This document shows positions 1-8,312 of a DNA stretch of 43,035 nucleotides, in pieces. Every line of letters begins with the position of its first letter. Within the stretch, counting starts at the first letter, position 1. The stretch is taken from IMG/VR virus record IMGVR_UViG_3300033407_000042, positions 1 through 43,035 of that record; one strand, written 5' to 3'. Both the position numbers and the translations under genes were made by a program. The notes beneath the pieces are model-generated. The model had not been told where the DNA came from, made no database searches, and worked only from the letters and a program-made list of their open reading frames with translations. Source of the stretch: a virus. Its lineage: Duplodnaviria; Caudoviricetes.

Positions 1-127
1 AGCGCCAGATAGCGGAAAGCGTCCGCGAGATGCGATGTCCAGTCATGAACCTCGTTCGCTCTGAATGTCTTCTTTTCGTCATCCCACTCGCGCCGGTATT
101 GCTCCAGCGCGGCAAGCCCTACGTCTT
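1..127 (+). repeat. 127-bp terminal overlap, left copy (assembly circularisation)
   Basis: Identical to 42909-43035; lies inside terL. Confidence 0.95.
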
Positions 128-1235
128 CACAACGCGGGTCAAAGATGGATATAGCCAAGGCCTTGCGGGCGGCGTTGATGCCGTCCAGCTTTGTTGCCAT
201 GGCGACGAGCTGCGGGTTAAGGCCAAGCTGGCGCATAGTCTCGACGCGCGTCTTGCCGGTTCCCCACTCCTTTACCTTCGCATCATGAGGGACGTAATCA
301 ATGCCGCGAGCGTATGGTTTCGCATGGCAGATTTCGGCATAGTGATCGACGCCAACGCCGGACGCGGTGTAGCAATCGAGAACGTATATCCTTCCACCGT
401 GGACCTGAAACCACCAGATTGAGGTATCGTCCCTGACCCCTATATCCCACGCCGTATGAACCGGCGCGCCCGGAATAGGGACAACCTGCCTGACCCTGCC
501 CTCCGACCTCAATCGGACCATTTCACGGGCATAGAACGCACCTAGGATCGCGGCGTTGAATGAGCAGAGATATTCCTGCTCGAACTGAGCGCGGCCCAGA
601 TCCTCGCCGTACAGCGCTATGTATTCCTTCAGGCTTTCCTCTATGGATTCGGGAGATAGAGCGCCCGTTTCATGGATGCTCGATATTTCAGCGAACCAGC
701 GCGGATTGTCCTTCGCCATCTGATACATGGAATGGGCATGGTTGCGCCCGCGAGGCGTGGTGATGAATAGCGCCCATCCGTTGTTTTCCTCAAGCATCGG
801 CCGGTGGTAGGCCCAGGCCGATGGATTAGCCAAAGCCCACTCGGAATACGTGATGCCAGCAACACCCGCGCCAACCGTCGCGTCATAGCGATCAGACCCG
901 ATCATCTGCCACGTTGACCCGCACTTGAGGCGGATGAACATTTCAGTATCGTTGACGTTCTCGCAAATCTCCGGCGGGAAGGCCTCGAACAGTCTGCGCT
1001 TGCCGGTATGAGCGTTGACAGCCGTCCATAGCGCCTTGCGGGCCTGACCGTATTCCGGGAGGCAGTGCCAGTATGAGCCGATGCGCCGATGCGCAAGCTC
1101 ACATGTGACATCAAGAGCTATCTCATCCTTGCCCCAACGGCGGTGCGCAATCTCAATGGCTCTCGCCGCCGGGGTTTGCATCATGTATTCGTGGAGCGGC
1201 CTTTGGTAGGACCGCACACGGCGTTCAATCTCCAT
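1..1235 (-). CDS. terL: Terminase large subunit, 5' part (continues at 42908-42794; 449 aa in total)
   Basis: Not in the ORF track because it crosses the end; manual translation MEIERRVRSYQ...AHRRWGKD (Walker A)...ITYSEWA (Walker B)...FITTPRG...AWDIGVRDDT (nuclease); ATG overlaps the terS stop (TAATG). Confidence 0.93.
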   Translation of the reverse strand, partial: MEIERRVRSYQRPLHEYMMQTPAARAIEIAHRRWGKDEIALDVTCELAHRRIGSYWHCLPEYGQARKALWTAVNAHTGKRRLFEAFPPEICENVNDTEMFIRLKCGSTWQMIGSDRYDATVGAGVAGITYSEWALANPSAWAYHRPMLEENNGWALFITTPRGRNHAHSMYQMAKDNPRWFAEISSIHETGALSPESIEESLKEYIALYGEDLGRAQFEQEYLCSFNAAILGAFYAREMVRLRSEGRVRQVVPIPGAPVHTAWDIGVRDDTSIWWFQVHGGRIYVLDCYTASGVGVDHYAEICHAKPYARGIDYVPHDAKVKEWGTGKTRVETMRQLGLNPQLVAMATKLDGINAARKALAISIFDPRCEDVGLAALEQYRREWDDEKKTFRANEVHDWTSHLADAFRYLA

Positions 1236-1636
1236 TATTCGTAAACAGTTTTGAACAATATCTTCATTGGCCCGCCATCCGGGTCAGTGTGCGCAATCGA
1301 ACTCAGCTTCGGATGAATGTACGGCGCTGCGTCTCTGGCCGCGTCCTGCGCCAGCTGGCGAAATCCGGCTGTCTTCTTCACCTGAGAAAGCAGGAACTTG
1401 AATTGATCCTCCGGCGAGGCATCAGGCGATATCTGCTCAGAGAACTCATCAGCCGTCAGCCCTTCAAGTGTTGCCTCGGCATCGAGCGCTACCTTCTGGA
1501 AATGGAGCATGTTGCTCAGCATCACGTCGAGCGGCGTCATGCCCGTAGCAATAGCCTTCTCTGCAATCTCTCTTGTGCGCTTCGTTACAGCCCCAGCAGG
1601 CCGCCCAGCGCCCTCACGCTTACCGCCACGGGCCAT
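1235..1636 (-). CDS. terS: Terminase small subunit
   Basis: RGGKREGAGRPAG N-terminus, AARDAAPYIHPKL motif, directly upstream of terL. Confidence 0.85.
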   Translation of the reverse strand: MARGGKREGAGRPAGAVTKRTREIAEKAIATGMTPLDVMLSNMLHFQKVALDAEATLEGLTADEFSEQISPDASPEDQFKFLLSQVKKTAGFRQLAQDAARDAAPYIHPKLSSIAHTDPDGGPMKILFKTVYE

Positions 1637-1677
1637 GTTGATTTCCTATGATTAAGTTCATGAATGTGCGGAATACG

Positions 1678-1710
1678 AAAACCCCGCCCCGGTGTTATCC
1701 GGGAGCGGGG
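1678..1710 (-). terminator. Intrinsic terminator upstream of terS
   Basis: Minus strand CCCCGCTCCCGG-ataaca-CCGGGGCGGGG followed by TTTTCGTATT. Confidence 0.75.
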
Positions 1711-1790
1711 CTGTGGAATATTATTCCTGAAATGCTTTATCTGGCCCGTGACGACTTGGCATTTTCACCGGTCGCGGCGATATGAATTTT

Positions 1791-1967
1791 CTAATGAAGC
1801 CTGACTGCGGCGAGTTGTGAGAGCTTTTCTTTGTCGATGTCACCCTCACATTGGGTTGATTTCTCAATCGCGCCTTCCTTGATGAGGGACAAAATCAGCG
1901 CGAGAGCATAAAAACTGTGCGATTCAGCATATTCCTCGCAGGCTTTTATCAGGTCTTCGTCGCTCAT
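1791..1967 (-). CDS. Hypothetical protein (58 aa, MSDEDLIKACEEYAES...)
   Basis: Manual translation; same strand as neighbours. Confidence 0.5.
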   Translation of the reverse strand: MSDEDLIKACEEYAESHSFYALALILSLIKEGAIEKSTQCEGDIDKEKLSQLAAVRLH

Positions 1968-2000
1968 GGGCTTCTGTCCTGATCTGTTGCGGGCTTGCCG

Positions 2001-2333
2001 CTATGGTGTCGGGAGGCCTTCAATCATATGGCGCACCATCGCTTTAGCTTGCGATGCGTCGAACAAGTTTGTGCCGGACGGCATGTGTTCCATGGGATAT
2101 GCGGTGTGCTCGTTGAAGGTTTTCTTGAAGCTTACCCCGCCATCAGGATTGAAGTCTTCGGGGAGCCGCCAAGACAGGAAGCGGTCAACCATGTGCTTGA
2201 TCTGGTCTTCGGTCATGCGGGTCTTCCCGATCTCTTGTGAGGCGTTGGCCTCGAATAAGTCGCCGGTCTCCGCCTCAACTAACTCCCCAAGGAGGCCCTT
2301 CGCGACACTTTCGTGTTTCGCCATTCGGCTCAT
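2001..2333 (-). CDS. Hypothetical phage protein (true start may be 2216, MTEDQIKHMVDRFLSWRLP...)
   Basis: ORF track; operon orientation. Confidence 0.65.
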   Translation of the reverse strand: MSRMAKHESVAKGLLGELVEAETGDLFEANASQEIGKTRMTEDQIKHMVDRFLSWRLPEDFNPDGGVSFKKTFNEHTAYPMEHMPSGTNLFDASQAKAMVRHMIEGLPTP

Positions 2334-2544
2334 CAGGCAGCTCTCGGTAAGAGAGCGGGGAGCATGGGTCCCAACTATCCCGGCGTGGGGACGGTTCGCT
2401 TCTGTGAGGCAATGCCTCTATCTCTATTGCTGCTCTATGCAGCGGTGTGGGCTGAATTCAGGATGCATTTCACCAATGCGCGGAGTGTGAAGATTCCGCC
2501 GCAAGCCGGGACGCATCCCCGTCGCCATGCAAATCACTGTGCGA

Positions 2545-2572
2545 ACGTTATCATATAACGGATCAATTTCAA
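2545..2572 (-). promoter_or_regulatory. Candidate late promoter (pR'-like) with overlapping palindrome
   Basis: TTGAAA-N16-TAACGT just downstream of the NusG-family gene; CGTTAT-CAT-ATAACG palindrome at 2546-2560. Confidence 0.6.
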
Positions 2573-2577
2573 GCCCT

Positions 2578-3159
2578 TCACGCGGCTGCAAAGATATCAT
2601 CCATAGGAACTGTTATCGTGCCTGCGATATCCAGTTTTTCCGTGAGCATCTTCAAGCGAGGATCAACCTTTGCTTTCCGGCGAAGAAGCTGACGAGCTGC
2701 GCGGGACTGCTTGTCAAATTCGACTTCGGCTTGTGCCTCAACCGCCCTGACTGCCATGATATCCAAGATGTCGATACCAAGAGGGTTCCCATCTGGCCCG
2801 CTGACCACCCCAGACACGCCGGGGACGTTCACAAGTTTCCCTATATCTCCAGGGTCTCGCACGAACACATAGCCAACCATGAGCGCGAAGCGGCGGACCT
2901 TCCAGAGGTCTGTATGGCGGCGATCGCGCACGAGGCGCTTTTCTGCTGGCATGTAGTATTCATAGCCCTTGTCTCGCAGGGCCTTTTCCACGGCCGAGTA
3001 ATTCGGATTGAGGCTGGGGATGATGCGATACCCCTTCCCTCTCGGCTTTCCGTTCTTGCCGGGCGATGTCTGCTCTACCGCATATTCCCGCTGCGGCTTT
3101 TGTGCGCCGGGCTCGGTCTTCACCGCATACCAGTTGTGAGTTACCGCCTTACTCGTCAT
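2578..3159 (-). CDS. NusG-family (NGN domain) transcription antiterminator at the lambda Q position
   Basis: WYAVKT..., L..KGYEYYMP, ALMVGYVFV, VPGVSGVV motifs of the NGN domain; last early gene before the late promoter. Confidence 0.85.
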   Translation of the reverse strand: MTSKAVTHNWYAVKTEPGAQKPQREYAVEQTSPGKNGKPRGKGYRIIPSLNPNYSAVEKALRDKGYEYYMPAEKRLVRDRRHTDLWKVRRFALMVGYVFVRDPGDIGKLVNVPGVSGVVSGPDGNPLGIDILDIMAVRAVEAQAEVEFDKQSRAARQLLRRKAKVDPRLKMLTEKLDIAGTITVPMDDIFAAA

Positions 3160-3448
3160 GAGGTGCCTCGCTGGTTTCGGAGAGAGCTGCGTCGATCATG
3201 GCCTTAAAGATTTCTCGCATCCTGCTGTGGGAACACCCGTATTCGCCGCACTGGTCCTCCCCTGATACGCACATCTTGTCAGTCGGATTCCGCATAGCCT
3301 GGATAGCAGCGCGGGCCATCTCATCGAATGCAAACCTGCCTGTGTTATTTGTCATGTCATAGGCTTCGGCCGGATCGACTTTCTCGTTCCCGTATATCTC
3401 CCATCTTGCGGAAGCTATGGCCCTTGCAACTTGTTTGACCTTGGTCAT
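3149..3448 (-). CDS. Hypothetical protein (ARAAIQAMRNPTDKM motif)
   Basis: ORF track; overlapping start/stop with neighbours. Confidence 0.7.
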   Translation of the reverse strand: MTKVKQVARAIASARWEIYGNEKVDPAEAYDMTNNTGRFAFDEMARAAIQAMRNPTDKMCVSGEDQCGEYGCSHSRMREIFKAMIDAALSETSEAPHDE

Positions 3449-4008
3449 GCCTTCCTCCTTGCGTCACTGATGGCGCTTTGCTCCGAAATAGTGCCGCGCC
3501 CTACCGATCTGGCCTTGTGATGATCGCAGTACGGTCCCAACGCCTCATGGGAGCAGAACAGATGCCCGCGTGTGTCGTGGCCTACAGGCCATCTGCATTC
3601 GAGAGCCTTGAGGTCGATAAGGGGCTTATGATGGGATCCCGCGTCATAAGGCGACCACTCATCGACCGGAGGCGTGGGGGGCTTGACCCTACCGGACTTT
3701 ATCTCAAACGTACCCTTCACCTTGCGCGTTTTGAATATGATCGGATCGTTTGATTGCTTGGGCGCGGGCAGGCTGAAGCGCCGATTTGGACGCCTCCTGC
3801 TTAGCGGTTCCGGCACATTACTACGCGGGGCTACAATTTTCCGCTTCGGGAAAAGCTTCCTGTTACGATACGCAATCCCGATTACTGCACTGCGCGATCC
3901 AATCCCCATACGCTCGGCAATCTGTGATGCGGACAGACCTTCAGCCCAGAGTTTCGAGGCCTTCAGCTTTTTCTCGTCACTCCAGTAATCATAGGTGTGG
4001 ACGTTCAT
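3445..4008 (-). CDS. gcrA: GcrA-family regulator
   Basis: WSDE..L..LWAEGLSASQIAERMG..SRSAVIG N-terminal HTH; L.DL...ECRWPVG...FC...YCDHH C-terminal domain; ATGA coupling at 4005-4008. Confidence 0.88.
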   Translation of the reverse strand: MNVHTYDYWSDEKKLKASKLWAEGLSASQIAERMGIGSRSAVIGIAYRNRKLFPKRKIVAPRSNVPEPLSRRRPNRRFSLPAPKQSNDPIIFKTRKVKGTFEIKSGRVKPPTPPVDEWSPYDAGSHHKPLIDLKALECRWPVGHDTRGHLFCSHEALGPYCDHHKARSVGRGTISEQSAISDARRKA

Positions 4009-4577
4009 TCCGCTGCCTCCTTGGCTGAGTTCACCGGCCCGTAAACCGTATCCAGAGCCCATGCATGCCAACTGCCAACAGGGTATTTGCCTTGCTTGCC
4101 GCGAGCACGGGCCGTATCGGCACCTACGTCCGTATCAATTGGTCTGCGCCATTCCTTGAGGGCTTTGGCGCGTTGTTGTGCGGCTGCGTCCTTCATCTGA
4201 TGGACCCCCGAAATAAGCTTGCGGGCGCGGGCTGCCATCTCACGGCGCTTGTCCGGGGAGATCTGCACCACGTTGGTTTCGTCTTCTGGCTCTTGAGGTT
4301 TGGGAGTGGTGCGGCTTTGCTGATACCGGCGCTCCATTCCGGCCAGATCTTCGAACGCCCTGCGGTTGAGCCAGGTGGCGGATAGCGGGATATACTGCGG
4401 GTCCTTCAGTGTGCGAATGAAGTACCGCGCGCCGTCGATGATATCCTGCGGGTCAGCGCCGCCCTTGACAAGCTTGGCGTACGTGTCGCGGGCGAGGCCC
4501 CGGCCGTCTGTGTGGCGAGCGTGGGGACGCCAGACGCCCTCCCAGAACTCCTTGAATCCTTCCGGTTCGTTTTTCAT
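4005..4577 (-). CDS. Replication protein resembling only the C-terminal domain of phage initiators/replisome organisers
   Basis: F.EFW...W...A...Y....IIDGARY....YIP..ATWLN..FED pattern; no N-terminal HTH and no iterons seen. Confidence 0.55.
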   Translation of the reverse strand: MKNEPEGFKEFWEGVWRPHARHTDGRGLARDTYAKLVKGGADPQDIIDGARYFIRTLKDPQYIPLSATWLNRRAFEDLAGMERRYQQSRTTPKPQEPEDETNVVQISPDKRREMAARARKLISGVHQMKDAAAQQRAKALKEWRRPIDTDVGADTARARGKQGKYPVGSWHAWALDTVYGPVNSAKEAAE

Positions 4578-5095
4578 GCCGCGATAGCCTCCCTTGCGAA
4601 GAACCGAGGCCCGCCTATGTGCTGGCAATAAAACCGGTGCCAAGCAGCGTTGTCCTTACCGGTGAATTTTGAATCCTCGATCCATTTGACGCGACCGACG
4701 CTGACAATGTGGCTGCACTGGTCAATAAAGGGGATAGCTTGGCGTGTGTGGACCCAATCCGCATCAAACAGGAGCCATGTCGGGGCAATCCACTGAAACC
4801 GCTGGATCATTGGGTGCAGTAATTCGCGCGTCCAAGGTGGGTTCGTAATGATTGCATCACACCTAGCGTCAAGAATGCCAGGGTTGGTGAGCGCATCAAC
4901 CCCAGTCTCTATATCGCCGCTGTAAGTGCAGAGAAGTCCGTTACGCTGCAATTCTGTAATAAGCCTGCCTTCCCCTGCGCAAGGCTCCGCAAACGTTTTG
5001 ATGCCTCTCAGATGCGGCAAGAGCGGACCAACGGCAGACGGCGGCGTCTGATATGCATCGTTCTTGCGGCGCTCGAAATCCGATCTCTTACCCAT
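4574..5095 (-). CDS. Orphan amino-DNA (N6A/N4C) methyltransferase
   Basis: Motif I EPCAGEG and motif IV ITNPPW. Confidence 0.82.
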   Translation of the reverse strand: MGKRSDFERRKNDAYQTPPSAVGPLLPHLRGIKTFAEPCAGEGRLITELQRNGLLCTYSGDIETGVDALTNPGILDARCDAIITNPPWTRELLHPMIQRFQWIAPTWLLFDADWVHTRQAIPFIDQCSHIVSVGRVKWIEDSKFTGKDNAAWHRFYCQHIGGPRFFAREAIAA

Positions 5096-5482
5096 TTAAA
5101 CCTCCACGATCTTGACGGCAGGCAACATAGCCTCGACAACCGCCTTCTTGAGTTTGTAGACTTGGGTTTTTGTCGCCGGGCTCTTTACGTCCTCAATGAC
5201 GCGCTTTGAGCCGTCGAAATATGCGAAGTCAGCCACGTAATAGGCGCGGCGTCCGCTTGTGTAGGTCACAGGGCGGTCAAGGATGCGCAGATTGAACCGG
5301 GGCTGTAGCTCAAGGTGTGATATCTCTCCGGCCTCCTGACGGGCCTTCAGGACGAGATAGCGGCTCGCCTCTTTCTTGCTGTCAAAGCGGTGACCATCGA
5401 CCACGACCTTTTTGTTCCGGTACTTTGATGGCTTCTCTGCCTTGAGTTCTCGATATTCGGAAGGCGTCATGCGTTCGGTCAT
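5096..5482 (-). CDS. DUF1064-family PD-(D/E)XK nuclease
   Basis: KYRNKKVVVDGHRFDSKKEA...YVADF...VIEDVKS. Confidence 0.85.
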   Translation of the reverse strand: MTERMTPSEYRELKAEKPSKYRNKKVVVDGHRFDSKKEASRYLVLKARQEAGEISHLELQPRFNLRILDRPVTYTSGRRAYYVADFAYFDGSKRVIEDVKSPATKTQVYKLKKAVVEAMLPAVKIVEV

Positions 5483-5751
5483 GAGCGGCCACCGTGAAGC
5501 TTCGCCTTCGTCACGTTGAGATAATATTCACGCCGTTTGGCGCTCACCCTCTCGCGGATCTCGGCATCGTTCATCCGCTTTCTGTAGCGGGCCTTATTCA
5601 CTGCCTTGATGCGTTCCGAGTCCTGCTGGCGCTCACGGTTCATTTCGTTGTATGCTGTAGCCTCAGAGCAGCCGAGGATCTTGGATATTTCCAAGGTGTC
5701 ATGACCTTGACGGAATAGCGAAAGAGGCGTGGCGTGATGAATGTCTGTCAT
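5479..5751 (-). CDS. Small HTH DNA-binding protein
   Basis: DTLEISKILGCSEATAYN helix-turn-helix; basic C-terminus. Confidence 0.65.
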   Translation of the reverse strand: MTDIHHATPLSLFRQGHDTLEISKILGCSEATAYNEMNRERQQDSERIKAVNKARYRKRMNDAEIRERVSAKRREYYLNVTKAKLHGGRS

Positions 5752-6005
5752 ACCTTTTGCTCCTTCACCTCGAAAGCTTCAAGGCGCTTGAGGACGCGCA
5801 TCGTGCACGGCGTAGCGCCACGGCCGGGAATGACCGTCTCTACCGCTGCCTTGTTCTTCAAGCGGCGGACGAAGCAGTAGAAAAGCCCGTGTTCCATCCC
5901 CAGATCAGCCTTGATCGTCTTGTGGTTCACGCTGATGGGTTGGCCTACAGGGGCGAGGCCTACGAGATAGGATAGAACCTCTTCCTGGCGTTCGGTGATG
6001 ATCAT
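5748..6005 (-). CDS. Small winged-HTH-like protein
   Basis: TERQEEVLSYL...KTIKADLGM...VRRLKNKAAVET pattern. Confidence 0.55.
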   Translation of the reverse strand: MIITERQEEVLSYLVGLAPVGQPISVNHKTIKADLGMEHGLFYCFVRRLKNKAAVETVIPGRGATPCTMRVLKRLEAFEVKEQKV

Positions 6006-6202
6006 GCCGCCGCCCTCTTCTTGTCGAGTGCGCGGACATAAGCCGCTCGCAGCTCGTTAAACATGGCGATGTCGTTTTCCTTGGTCTCAATTTCCATTTC
6101 GGTGCGCGGGCGCTTGGAATACCGGCCGTGATCGCGCAGCCATGTTTCGGCGCTCGCTATGCGCCGGTCCATCCATGCAATCATGATCTCTGGGTCAATC
6201 AT
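6002..6202 (-). CDS. Hypothetical protein
   Basis: ORF track; coupled to neighbours. Confidence 0.7.
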   Translation of the reverse strand: MIDPEIMIAWMDRRIASAETWLRDHGRYSKRPRTEMEIETKENDIAMFNELRAAYVRALDKKRAAA

Positions 6203-6567
6203 CAGTGTTCCGACTTCTTGGCTGGTGACGGGTTATCGGAGGGCTCAAACAGCCTGCAAGCCTTGGCACTGTGCGGGATGAGACGGTTGGCCTTGTTCAT
6301 AATCGGCCGGGTGCACTTCGCCTTCTTGATTTCCAGCGGATGAAGCTTGTGATTCTTGCTAAAATATCCGGGCTGGATCATATGTTCGTCATAGCCGCCG
6401 AACGGGTTCTTCCTGAACCGCTTCAGGCACCAGAACACGCATTCACGGCACGTCTTGCCTTCCGGGCCAGTGCCCGCGATATGGGCTTGGCCAAGGTATG
6501 TTTCCGCTATCGGCTTGTGGACCTCTTTGGCGGTCATATGCTCACTGAACAGAAGATGGTCTGCCAT
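6202..6567 (-). CDS. Cys-rich hypothetical protein (GQAHIAGTGPEGKTCRECVFW)
   Basis: Start trimmed to MADHLL; CxxC plus two distal Cys. Confidence 0.7.
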   Translation of the reverse strand: MADHLLFSEHMTAKEVHKPIAETYLGQAHIAGTGPEGKTCRECVFWCLKRFRKNPFGGYDEHMIQPGYFSKNHKLHPLEIKKAKCTRPIMNKANRLIPHSAKACRLFEPSDNPSPAKKSEH

Positions 6568-6571
6568 GGGT

Positions 6572-6907
6572 TTAAGCTCCGAATGGTGGGGCAAAAAAGC
6601 ACTGCACCCTGTCCTCAGTTGGATAGAGGCAGATGTGAAAATCACTGTCTTTCGAGTGACGTGCGTTCTTGTGGGTGATGAAGTACGTCTGCGGCTTGGT
6701 CACCTTTCGGTGCTGGCCGGGCAACAAGGTGACCTCGAAACCACCAGCGACGACCTTGACCGTCGAAGCAGGGATCATCGCGCAATCTCCCGTCATTTCA
6801 TTGCCGGAGCAGCATGACGGCGGGTATGTCCACCCGGATACGGTCTGATGCCCATACGCCGGTACACTGAAGCATAGGGAGGAGAGGAGGAGGAGCTTGT
6901 GCATCAT
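6572..6907 (-). CDS. Exported Cys-rich small protein
   Basis: Signal peptide; GWTYPPSCCSG..DC and HIC...CFFAPP motifs. Confidence 0.75.
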   Translation of the reverse strand: MMHKLLLLSSLCFSVPAYGHQTVSGWTYPPSCCSGNEMTGDCAMIPASTVKVVAGGFEVTLLPGQHRKVTKPQTYFITHKNARHSKDSDFHICLYPTEDRVQCFFAPPFGA

Positions 6908-6937
6908 TTATCCTTCCGTCCGATCCATTCGGCCCAA

Positions 6938-7342
6938 TCAATCCGGCGAGCTGCCACGTTCCGCCAGCGACGTGCGAGCTTCATGCGCATCCAGAACGGC
7001 AAGCATCTTGTCCAGCGAAGCCAGACGGGCGCGTAGTTCTTCCTGCTCACGGCGGTGTTCCTCGTATTTTGCTGCTCTCAGAGCATCCATTTCGTCGCTG
7101 TCGATACGGCGGGCTGTGCCTTCCCAGATCGAGCGGGCGCGGCGCGTGTGAAAGTTCTTGGTGACGCGCGGGGATACGAACCGCACGACGTGATAGAAAA
7201 CGTTGTCCAGCTTCCCGTAGCGGGCCAGCGGGTACGCCTCTCTCATCAACATCCTGGCTTCGATTGCGGGGTTCATTACCTTCTTCCTGCTTGTTTTCGA
7301 TTTGGGGCGAGAACCCAAATTATGGGGGTCGTTTCCAAACAC
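6938..7342 (-). CDS. Putative CII-like regulator (HTH-like segment plus coiled coil)
   Basis: GTG start with GAGGA SD; RRARSIWEGTARRID segment; position downstream of cro; function inferred. Confidence 0.5.
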   Translation of the reverse strand: MFGNDPHNLGSRPKSKTSRKKVMNPAIEARMLMREAYPLARYGKLDNVFYHVVRFVSPRVTKNFHTRRARSIWEGTARRIDSDEMDALRAAKYEEHRREQEELRARLASLDKMLAVLDAHEARTSLAERGSSPD

Positions 7343-7490
7343 CTTGTCGTCCTCTCGTGGTTGAATCCTGTTGCTAGACACGGAGACCAACCACATGAGA
7401 CGCATTACAAAACTTGATGGAGACGACAGGGATCAGGGCGTTCAGAGTGCCAATCAAACTGCCGTCTCCCGTCTCACCAGGCAGGTGAGA

Positions 7491-8054
7491 CTAAGTCTCC
7501 CTTCTGAAGCCACCATGGAGAACAACCGCAGCGCCTCTATAGGCGGCGATAGCCTCGTCCTTGGTGTCGAAAAATCCGACGTGGATCCGCTTTCGGTAAG
7601 CCTGGATCCTCACCCTCCAGCGCCCGTCCACTGGTTGGACGCCCTTACGATCTGGGATCAGGGCCTTGGTGTTGATACAGTTTTGTGTGGCGTTAGCGGA
7701 CCGGAGGTTGGAAGGGATGTTGTTAAGCCTGTTCCCATCAACGTGATCGATCATCACGGGCATTTCTGCGGGCTCAACGCCATTGAAAACAGCGAAGATC
7801 AGACGATGCACAAACTGTGTTGTGTGGAAGAGAGTGATACGCTCGTACCCATTGTGGGTATAAACAGTCGGAGCGCCACCAGCGTATCGCCGGTTCCAAG
7901 CATCGGATGCCTTTTGGGACCGGAAATAAGACGAGGGCCTTTCTCTCCAACGCAGAGTCCCATCTTCGAAGTTGAACATGAGTGTGTCTTTGATATTTTC
8001 GAGGGTTATATTTCTCGTTCTATGGGCCATGAATGTTCCAACAATCTTTCTCAT
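7491..8054 (-). CDS. HNH endonuclease with C-terminal AP2-like domain (free-standing homing endonuclease)
   Basis: VHRLI...IDHVDGNRLNN..SNLR; KGV...RWRVRI...HVGFFDTKDEAIAAY. Confidence 0.9.
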   Translation of the reverse strand: MRKIVGTFMAHRTRNITLENIKDTLMFNFEDGTLRWRERPSSYFRSQKASDAWNRRYAGGAPTVYTHNGYERITLFHTTQFVHRLIFAVFNGVEPAEMPVMIDHVDGNRLNNIPSNLRSANATQNCINTKALIPDRKGVQPVDGRWRVRIQAYRKRIHVGFFDTKDEAIAAYRGAAVVLHGGFRRET

Positions 8055-8067
8055 GCGGTTCCCTTAG

Positions 8068-8200
8068 GAGAAGCCGTCCGAGCCGTTGTGATGCGGCTGC
8101 AAGGAGGGCTTCCCCGGATTTCAGTCTCCCAGTTCAACGGAGGTGAGGACATTGAACCGGGAGACCTATGAGCGCAGCCGAGGGAGGATCGGCGCTGCTC
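8068..8200 (-). ncRNA. Cuckoo/alpha-r14-like RNA: tandem hairpins with CCUCC-type loops
   Basis: Hairpin 8170-8200 (loop UCCUCCC); 14-bp hairpin 8124-8165 (loop with CCUCACCUCC); third stem with CCCUCCUU. Confidence 0.55.
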
Positions 8201-8312
8201 AATCTTCATCTTCGAATGGGCCGAATGCCGCGCATAAAACCAAACATGCGAATGAAATGGCTGTGATCGGGCCAACAACAGCGAACACCACAAACAAGAA
8301 GTGCCCCGTCAT
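8199..8312 (-). CDS. 37-aa hydrophobic peptide (MTGHFLFVVFAVVGPITAISFACLVLCAAFGPFEDED)
   Basis: Manual translation; TGATG coupling with the upstream ORF. Confidence 0.55.
   Translation of the reverse strand: MTGHFLFVVFAVVGPITAISFACLVLCAAFGPFEDED

Noticed and set aside
1720-1967. Possible TAG read-through or alternative genetic code
   Set aside because: Conserved genes are uninterrupted in code 11, TAG ends terL and cI normally, and no suppressor tRNA is present
7491-8054. HNH as part of a group I intron or intein
   Set aside because: No interrupted host gene on either side and no intron core recognised; appears free-standing
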